Of a DNA stretch of 64,000 nucleotides, positions 57,542-64,000 are shown piece by piece (the first letter of the stretch is position 1; every line of letters begins with the position of its first letter). The notes under the pieces are model-generated. The model was not told where the DNA came from, ran no database searches, and worked only from the letters and a program-made list of their open reading frames with translations. The stretch spans positions 199,775 through 263,774 of the forward strand of contig JBDTZG010000002.1 of the NCBI GenBank assembly GCA_040005235.1, read 5' to 3'. The position numbers were made by a program, and so were the translations under genes. The stretch is from Acidobacteriota bacterium. GTDB lineage: Bacteria; Acidobacteriota; Thermoanaerobaculia; Multivoradales; UBA5704.

Positions 57542-60019
57542 GTGAATACCGATCCCGGTCCCGAGGGTTGTGGTTTCGTCGGCCCCGAAGCCAATGAGCC
57601 GGTAGACCCAACGAACCACGACCCCCGCCCTCACCGCCCTCTCAGCCCTCTGCTAGCCGTGCTCGCCGCGGCCTTGCTGCTTTGGGCCTGGGTTTCCGTG
57701 CCGACGATCCTGGGCGAGCGCACGTTCTATCTGCGCGACGTCTTCCTCACCCACCTGCCGTTCAAGGCGTTCGGCGCCGCGGAGCTGGCCGCCGGGCGCA
57801 TCCCGGCGTTCAATCCCAGCTGGGGCATGGGCCAGCCGTTCCGCGGCAACCCGAACGCGCTGGCGTTTTATCCCGGCAATCTGCTCTACCTGGCCCTGCC
57901 GTTTTGGAGCGCGTTCAACCTCCACTACGCCCTGCACTGGCTGCTCGCGCTGTTCGCCATGCGGGCGCTCGCCCGGGGCCTCGGCCAGGGTCCCGCCGCC
58001 GCCCTGCTCGCCGGAATCACCTACGCCGGCTCGGGGTGGTTTCTCTCCGCCCTCACCTATTACAACGTCTTGACGGTCGCCGCCTGGTGGCCGTTGGCGA
58101 TGCTCGGCGCGGTTCGCGGAGGGCGGCGGGGGATCGCCCTCGGCGGCATCGCCTGCGGTCTCGCTCTGCTCGGCGGCGAGCCGGTGACGGCGACCCTGGC
58201 GCTCGTCCCTCTCCTTTACGCGGCGATTTCCCGCCACGGCTGGCGGCGCGGTTTCGCCACCGCCGTGGCGATCGGCGCCGTGGGCCTCGCCATCGCTCTG
58301 CCGCAGGTCGTGGCGACGCTCCGCGTGCTCCCCTTCACCGTCCGCGGCGGACTGGGCATGAACGCCTCCCAGGCGACCGATTTCCGGCTTCATCCCTTGC
58401 GCCTGCTGGAGCTGTTCGTCCCCTTTCCGTTCGGCCGGCCCACTTACCTCGGGCCGGACGGAATCTGGGCCGGGTCGGTCCTTCCCGGCGTGCCGCTGTT
58501 CCTCTCCCTCTACGCCGGAATCGTCGCGCTCTGGCTCGGTTTTGCCGCCGCGCGCCGCCACCGCGGCTGGGCGCTTCTCACCTTGGCCGGACCGGTGGTC
58601 GCGGTGCTCGCCGGCCTCTCCGGCCAGCTGCTGGTCCGGGTCGGTTTCGGCCTGTTCCGCTTCCCCGAGAAGTTCGTCCTCTGGCTGGCGCTCGCCCTGC
58701 CGATCCTCGCCGGCTGGGGGCTCGAACGAGCCTTGGCGGAAGGGCTCGGCGGCTGGCGGAAAAGGGCCGCGGTGGCCGGCTGCCTGCTGCTCGTCGCGGC
58801 CGGAGCGCTCACACTAATCGGGCCCTTCCTGGTCGCGGGAGTGACCCGTACGCTGGAATCGAAAGGTGCGCTCGCCGCCGGACTGCCGAACGACCAGCAG
58901 AACCTCGCGCTCGGCCTGCTGTCGACCCAGATCGACGCCTGGCGCCTCGCCCTGCTGATCGCGGGCGCCGTGCTCCTGCTCGTCTTTCTCGCCACCCGGC
59001 CGGAGGTGCCCCGCCCGTGGCAGGGGGCGCTGCTGGTCGGTTTGCAGCTCGCAACTCTGGTGCAGCTCTACCCCCTGGTGACCACGGATCGGATGGATTT
59101 CTACCGCCAGCCCTCCCCCTGGACGCGCCGCTTGGGGCCGGGGGCCGCCGTCCACAGCGCGGTGGTCGGAGTCCCGGCGTGGGGTCCCGCTCCCCGTTAC
59201 GACCTGCCGAACGGACCGCACCGGCCGGTCGACCGGTTCTGGGCGATGAACCTCGGTTCCGCTCCGGGGGTTCTGTTCGGCCTCACCTACCCTCTGGCGC
59301 CCGACCTCGAAGGAATGCACACCCTGCTGTTCAAACCGATGCTCGATGCGCTCCCCTCGCTCGACTGGGAACAGCGCGTCCACTGGTTTCGCTCGGTCGG
59401 CATCCAAGCCATAACCCGCTTCGACGACCCGTCGGAGCCCAACGTCCCCGGCCTTCGGCTGCTCGATCGCGCCGAAGCCTTGGGGGTCAAGACCCGGCTC
59501 GACGCGGTGGAAAATCCGGCCCCGCCGGCCTGGTGGCCGCGGACGCTCCAACCGGCATTCAGCATCGAAGAGGCGCGGAGTCAGGTGACGAACAATCCCG
59601 ACCCGATCCACTCGGTGGTAGTGGGGCTCGGCCGCCGGGAGCACCTGCCGGCGCAAGATCCCGCCGGCCAGGTCCGCCTGATCTCGTCCGCGCCGGACCG
59701 GATCGAAATCGAGACCGAAGGGGGCGGCGGAATCGCCGTCATCCGCCGCGCCTGGCAGCCGCTGCTCGTGGCCCGCGAAGGGACGACGCGCGAGATCACC
59801 ACCCGCCCGGTCAACCTGAACCTCCTGGGTGTCGAAGTCCCCGCCGGCCACCACCGCATCGTGCTCGAAGCCTCCGCCTGGCCCGAGATCCTGGCCGGCG
59901 CCGCGGCGCTCGCCGCGTTGATCGCGGCGCTTCTCGCGCTGCGGAAGCAGGAGTCTCCTCGCCTCCTGCATGGCGAGGTGACTCCTATTACAGCTTCGAG
60001 AGATCAGGCTGAAAACTGA
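57542..60019 (+). CDS. YfhO-like polytopic membrane protein (GT-C glycosyltransferase-like)
   Basis: FYLRD, PAFNPSWGMGQPF, FYPGN, LFRFPEKF, C-terminal VPAGHHRI. Start uncertain. Confidence 0.8.
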   Translation: MNTDPGPEGCGFVGPEANEPVDPTNHDPRPHRPLSPLLAVLAAALLLWAWVSVPTILGERTFYLRDVFLTHLPFKAFGAAELAAGRIPAFNPSWGMGQPFRGNPNALAFYPGNLLYLALPFWSAFNLHYALHWLLALFAMRALARGLGQGPAAALLAGITYAGSGWFLSALTYYNVLTVAAWWPLAMLGAVRGGRRGIALGGIACGLALLGGEPVTATLALVPLLYAAISRHGWRRGFATAVAIGAVGLAIALPQVVATLRVLPFTVRGGLGMNASQATDFRLHPLRLLELFVPFPFGRPTYLGPDGIWAGSVLPGVPLFLSLYAGIVALWLGFAAARRHRGWALLTLAGPVVAVLAGLSGQLLVRVGFGLFRFPEKFVLWLALALPILAGWGLERALAEGLGGWRKRAAVAGCLLLVAAGALTLIGPFLVAGVTRTLESKGALAAGLPNDQQNLALGLLSTQIDAWRLALLIAGAVLLLVFLATRPEVPRPWQGALLVGLQLATLVQLYPLVTTDRMDFYRQPSPWTRRLGPGAAVHSAVVGVPAWGPAPRYDLPNGPHRPVDRFWAMNLGSAPGVLFGLTYPLAPDLEGMHTLLFKPMLDALPSLDWEQRVHWFRSVGIQAITRFDDPSEPNVPGLRLLDRAEALGVKTRLDAVENPAPPAWWPRTLQPAFSIEEARSQVTNNPDPIHSVVVGLGRREHLPAQDPAGQVRLISSAPDRIEIETEGGGGIAVIRRAWQPLLVAREGTTREITTRPVNLNLLGVEVPAGHHRIVLEASAWPEILAGAAALAALIAALLALRKQESPRLLHGEVTPITASRDQAEN

Positions 60020-62385
60020 CTGGCCCCCGCCACCACAAGCGCGAAATCTTGTCGGTGTGCCGGAGCGAACTCGGGGACCGGCATCGAGATGTTCACGCCC
60101 TCGACCTCAACTCGGTAATTCCCTGGATCCAGATCGTTAAGGGTCACACGCTGCACATTGTTTCGAATCGCCTCGATCGACTCGGCGGCGAACTCGGCAC
60201 CGGATGTCAACGAAATCACCCTGAGGTGGAGGCGGTTCTGGATCTTCGTGCCCTCCGGATCGCGCCAAACGAGCGTCACCACCAGCGGCACACCTGCGAC
60301 GGCCACTTCCAGATGGAACTCCCGAATCTCGCCGGTAGCGACCGCATGCTCGACGGAGTCGTCGAAATGGAGTCCCCCGGGCGGCTGGAGTGCCCTGTCC
60401 AGATTGACTCGGCCCCAGCCTTGGAGTGGGCGAGGTATTCCTATCCCCACGTCCATTGCGCCGTTGATCACGATTCCTTTGATCAGTGCACCCGAAGGAA
60501 CGTGTCCCAGACGGTCGATCAAGAATTGGCGGACCAAGGCGCAACAGCCGGCCGTTAAGGGCGTCGCCATGCTCGTACCGCTCTGATACATGTAGCTTTC
60601 CGCAGCATCCGGTGCGGCGCCTGCGGGTAGGGCCGGTGCAGTGGCGTCGCCGCCCCCCAGGATTGGCCCTCCTGGAAGACCCAACCCCACCGCTTCGCCA
60701 TGGGTGAGGACGCCATCCTCATCTCCCGTTCCGTTGGGCAGACTTGGCGACGCCCCAATACCGTCCGGGCCGGTATCCGCCACCGCTGCGGACGAGCGCG
60801 TGGAAAGGATCCAGGTTCCCGGCGCAACGACATCAGGCTTTTGTCGCTCATTCCCGGCAGTCCCGACAGGTCCAGGGCTGCTGAATGAAGCGATTTCGCG
60901 GTCGTCGTCCGCCTCTCCAGCCACACCATTGAGGGATGCGCCTTGGGGGAACTGGGGACTTGGCGGAAAGGCAACTGAGGCGGGCAGTGCTCGAAGACTC
61001 TCGCTGGCACCGATCGTCAGGACGTTCTTCGCCGCGCCGGGGCTTCCCACTCTTCTCGGCGCCTCGTTGCCGGCGGCAAAGATTGCTAGAAATTCGCGAT
61101 TCGCGAAAATGAATCTGTCGGTCTGCCGGCACTCGGTGGTGTAGCCGCCGTTTGTATCCGATCCCCAGGAGTTGGAGTGGAGTCGAGCACCCAAAGCCAT
61201 AGCCGGGCCGAAGAGGTCAAGGCCAAGGTCAATGTTAGCCAGGCCTCCAAGACCGCCTTGAAAGTCTAAGAGGGATTGGAATATGAGCTGTGCCGCAGGG
61301 GCCGTGCCGCGGATCGTACCGTTGGAGTTTGCGCCATCCCCCAGCACCGAGCCCGCCACATGCGTCCCGTGACCGTCGGGATCGCTTGCATCGCCAGGTC
61401 GGCCAAGGGGTACTAGGGCGATTACCCTTCCCTGAAAATCCGCCAATAGATTGTTGAGATCGCCCGTATCCAGCCCGGTATCGGCCACCGCAACGATCTG
61501 GCCCGCTCCGTCCAGGCCGAACTGGTTTTGCACTAGGTCCACGCTAAGGAGCCCGGTGGCAACATTGTTGGCGAGCTTTGGCGGTGCGTAGGATTCAACT
61601 CGCCGCACTTCCGGGATCGCGGCGACCTCCGGCACCTGGTCCGAACTAATTCGTACGAGGAGAGCGTCCGGATTGCGTTGCACGACCGCTACTCCGAGAC
61701 TCTCCACTTTTTCCGCCACCTGGTCCGGGTCGGCATCGTCGAAGAGCAAAAGTGATGCATTGGCTTCCGGCACCATGGGTGTCGGTCGCACGGTTAATTT
61801 TCTAAGGTCGATTTCCGGCTCGGGAGGAGGCGCGCCAGGGAGCCCCAGAGGAACCAGGCCTGGAACCTGCGCCAGGGTGGCTTGGGATTCATTGGTCAGA
61901 AGCTCCGGACTGACCTTGAGCGCCGGATAGTAAGGGAGGACGCCGTCCACGAATTCCAGAGCTTTCAGCGCTGCGACCCGATCGGCGTCGAGACTGAGGA
62001 GATAGTGGTCATCGCCAAGTCGCTCACGCCAGACTCCTCCCAGATCTTCGACCCTCGCTTTCCAGTCCGGATGAAGAGGGCCGGCCAGATCGACGACCCA
62101 ACCACGCCGCCCCATTTCTGCTCCGGGTCCGGCGAGTGCCAGCTCCGCCCCCGCCAATTGAGGTCCCTGCGTATGCAGTTCGAAGCCCCCGATCTTGATC
62201 GTCGGCGCCTTTTCGAGAAAACGTACCCGTAAGCCCTGGGCTCGAAGTCCAAGCAGATCCTCGTCTTCACCTCGCACGAGGAGCGACGGTCCGTAATCGG
62301 CCAAGACTTCGGTATTCAGCGACTCCACCTGAGCCCGAGCCTCGTCCGGTCTCGAACCTAGATTCACGATAGCCTTGCCTGCCAT
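60004..62385 (-). CDS. S8 family subtilase with long N-terminal propeptide
   Basis: Catalytic triad VADTGLD, HGTHVAGS, SGTSMATP; FAAGNE; C-terminal beta domain. Confidence 0.92.
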   Translation of the reverse strand: MAGKAIVNLGSRPDEARAQVESLNTEVLADYGPSLLVRGEDEDLLGLRAQGLRVRFLEKAPTIKIGGFELHTQGPQLAGAELALAGPGAEMGRRGWVVDLAGPLHPDWKARVEDLGGVWRERLGDDHYLLSLDADRVAALKALEFVDGVLPYYPALKVSPELLTNESQATLAQVPGLVPLGLPGAPPPEPEIDLRKLTVRPTPMVPEANASLLLFDDADPDQVAEKVESLGVAVVQRNPDALLVRISSDQVPEVAAIPEVRRVESYAPPKLANNVATGLLSVDLVQNQFGLDGAGQIVAVADTGLDTGDLNNLLADFQGRVIALVPLGRPGDASDPDGHGTHVAGSVLGDGANSNGTIRGTAPAAQLIFQSLLDFQGGLGGLANIDLGLDLFGPAMALGARLHSNSWGSDTNGGYTTECRQTDRFIFANREFLAIFAAGNEAPRRVGSPGAAKNVLTIGASESLRALPASVAFPPSPQFPQGASLNGVAGEADDDREIASFSSPGPVGTAGNERQKPDVVAPGTWILSTRSSAAVADTGPDGIGASPSLPNGTGDEDGVLTHGEAVGLGLPGGPILGGGDATAPALPAGAAPDAAESYMYQSGTSMATPLTAGCCALVRQFLIDRLGHVPSGALIKGIVINGAMDVGIGIPRPLQGWGRVNLDRALQPPGGLHFDDSVEHAVATGEIREFHLEVAVAGVPLVVTLVWRDPEGTKIQNRLHLRVISLTSGAEFAAESIEAIRNNVQRVTLNDLDPGNYRVEVEGVNISMPVPEFAPAHRQDFALVVAGASQFSA

Positions 62386-62512
62386 AGAGATTCTCCTTCT
62401 GTTGAATGAATTCGGCGAGCGACCCTGGTTCATCCCTTAGGACGGACGCAGCCGCGCGCCTTTCGATTCGAGGACTGCGGACCTACCAGTAAGAAAGAAA
62501 GGAGCCTCACGC

Positions 62513-63844
62513 TTGAAACTAAAACTAAAGAGACCCCAAGCCTTAGGTGCCCTGCTCACGACTGTGCTGGCGCTTGGCACACCGATTGCCCCAACTGCCA
62601 CCGCGGCACCCGCTGTAGCGGACGGAAGCTACGCCCTCCGGCCCGCAAGGGTGTTCACCGCGGAGGATTCGACGATCCACCCCGGCTGGGTGGTCGTGGT
62701 GACGGGCGAAAAGATCGCCGCCGTCGGCCCGGCCGCGACGGTCCAAATTCCTGCCGACGCGGTTTCGATCGACCTGCCCGACGCGACGCTGCTGCCCGGC
62801 CTGATGGATCTCCACTCCCATCTGTTCCTCCACCCGTACGACGAAACGCTTTGGAACGACCAGGTGCTCAAAGAGCCGGTCGAATACCGCACCATCGCGG
62901 CCGTCCGCCACGCGGCGGACACGCTCCGTTCGGGCTTCACCACCCTGCGCGACCTGGGGACTGAAGGGGCGGGCTACGCCGACCTGTCGCTCAAGAAGGC
63001 GATCGAAGACGGAATCATCCCCGGGCCGCGCCTGGAGGTGGCAACCTTGGCGATCGTCGCCACCGGCTGCTACGGCCCTGGACCGCGCGGCTTCCGTCCC
63101 GATCTCGACCTGCCGAAAGGAGCACAGGAGGTGAGCGGCACGGGAGAGATCCTCGCCGCCGTGCGCGAGCAGGCGGGCCACGGCGCCGATTGGATCAAGG
63201 TTTACGCCGACTATCGCTGCGGCCCGGGGGCGTCCCAGGTGCCCACCTTCACCCAAGCCGAGCTGAACGTCCTGGTCGAAGCGGCCCACTCGCTGGGCCG
63301 CAAAGTCTCCGCCCACGCCCAAACCGCAGAGGGCATGCGCCGCGCGATCCTCGCCGGGGTCGAAACCATCGAGCACGGCTACGGCGGAACCGAAGAAACC
63401 TTCAAGCTAATGGTCGAGCACCACGTCGCCTTCCTGCCGACGCTGGCCGCCGACACGGCCTACGCCCAATATTTCGACGGCTACGTCGCGGGCAAAACCC
63501 CGCCGACCGAAGGAATGAAACAGGCCGAAAAAGCCTTCCAACTCGCCAAGAAACTTGGAGTGACGATCGGCTGCGGCAGCGACGTCGGAGTTTTTGCCCA
63601 CGGAACCAGCTGGAAAGAACTCGACAACATGGTCCGCTACGGCATGACCCCCACCGAAGCCCTGCTCGCCGCCACCCAAATCGACGCCAAGATCCTCGGC
63701 TGGCAAGACCGCCTCGGACAGATCCGCCCCGGTTACATTGCCGACCTGGTCGCGGTCTCTGGCGATCCGACGAAGGACATCACGGCGGTCAAAGACGTAC
63801 GGTTCGTGATGAAGGGTGGGGTGGTGGTGCGGGGGGCGGAGTAG
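62513..63844 (+). CDS. Secreted amidohydrolase (Xaa-Pro dipeptidase-like)
   Basis: [32 protein letters not shown]; N-terminal signal-like segment. Confidence 0.9.
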   Translation: MKLKLKRPQALGALLTTVLALGTPIAPTATAAPAVADGSYALRPARVFTAEDSTIHPGWVVVVTGEKIAAVGPAATVQIPADAVSIDLPDATLLPGLMDLHSHLFLHPYDETLWNDQVLKEPVEYRTIAAVRHAADTLRSGFTTLRDLGTEGAGYADLSLKKAIEDGIIPGPRLEVATLAIVATGCYGPGPRGFRPDLDLPKGAQEVSGTGEILAAVREQAGHGADWIKVYADYRCGPGASQVPTFTQAELNVLVEAAHSLGRKVSAHAQTAEGMRRAILAGVETIEHGYGGTEETFKLMVEHHVAFLPTLAADTAYAQYFDGYVAGKTPPTEGMKQAEKAFQLAKKLGVTIGCGSDVGVFAHGTSWKELDNMVRYGMTPTEALLAATQIDAKILGWQDRLGQIRPGYIADLVAVSGDPTKDITAVKDVRFVMKGGVVVRGAE

Positions 63845-63946
63845 GGGTCGAAGGGTTCGCAGACCTACTCGTCAACCTCCCGGCACCGGTGCGCAGGCCT
63901 TCAGAACCACTCCGCCGAGTCTAGGATCTTGTGTGCAGCGCCCGAG

Positions 63947-64000
63947 TGTCACCGATCACCCTAAATTCCCCCCGTGCGATCACCTAAAAATCCCCCCCTC
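63947..64000. mobile_element. Terminal inverted repeat of an IS21-family insertion sequence (element continues beyond the window)
   Basis: Starts TGTCA and contains two tandem GATCACC..AAA(A/T)TCCCCCC units (63954-63973, 63978-63997), typical of IS21 ends. Confidence 0.75.

Noticed and set aside
63954-63997. Direct repeats as the start of a CRISPR array
   Set aside because: Only two units separated by 4 nt and no cas genes; fits an IS21 terminal repeat better.

Overview
High-GC bacterial chromosome segment from a diderm (Kdo/lipid A genes). The Oar-type TonB receptor, myxobacterial-style kinase-TPR, MglA-like GTPase and YfhO-like protein suggest Acidobacteriota, possibly Thermoanaerobaculia (inference). 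Housekeeping blocks: kdsB-pyrG-kdsA-kdsD-kdsC-lpxL-like (minus strand), aroA, mglA-like-nrdR-hsp20-lon-thiL (minus) and hrcA-grpE-dnaK-dnaJ (plus). Accessory regions: (i) 0.2-2.4 kb, a toxin-antitoxin 'scrapyard' with one intact relE/higBA pair, several orphan antitoxins and duplicated antitoxin fragments; (ii) 4.5-8.4 kb, a two-gene operon encoding an astacin-like metalloprotease + CHAT (caspase-like) + degenerate metallopeptidase fusion and an SGNH hydrolase with a histone-H1-like tail, the best candidate for an undescribed protease-activated conflict/defence system; (iii) 20.3-23.9 kb, a lower-GC island of three putative anti-phage genes (TIR, AbiJ/HEPN-like, SIR2-like DUF4917) separated by attC-like sites, i.e. 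a probable integrase-less cassette array. Other oddities: a tandem-HTH/AT-hook/coiled-coil DNA-binding protein, an orphan MglA with a long Pro-rich extension, a 1046-aa sigma54 activator, several apparently leaderless genes, and an IS21-like end at the right edge. No rRNA, tRNA or CRISPR array was recognised. All family assignments come from motif recognition by eye, not from database searches.
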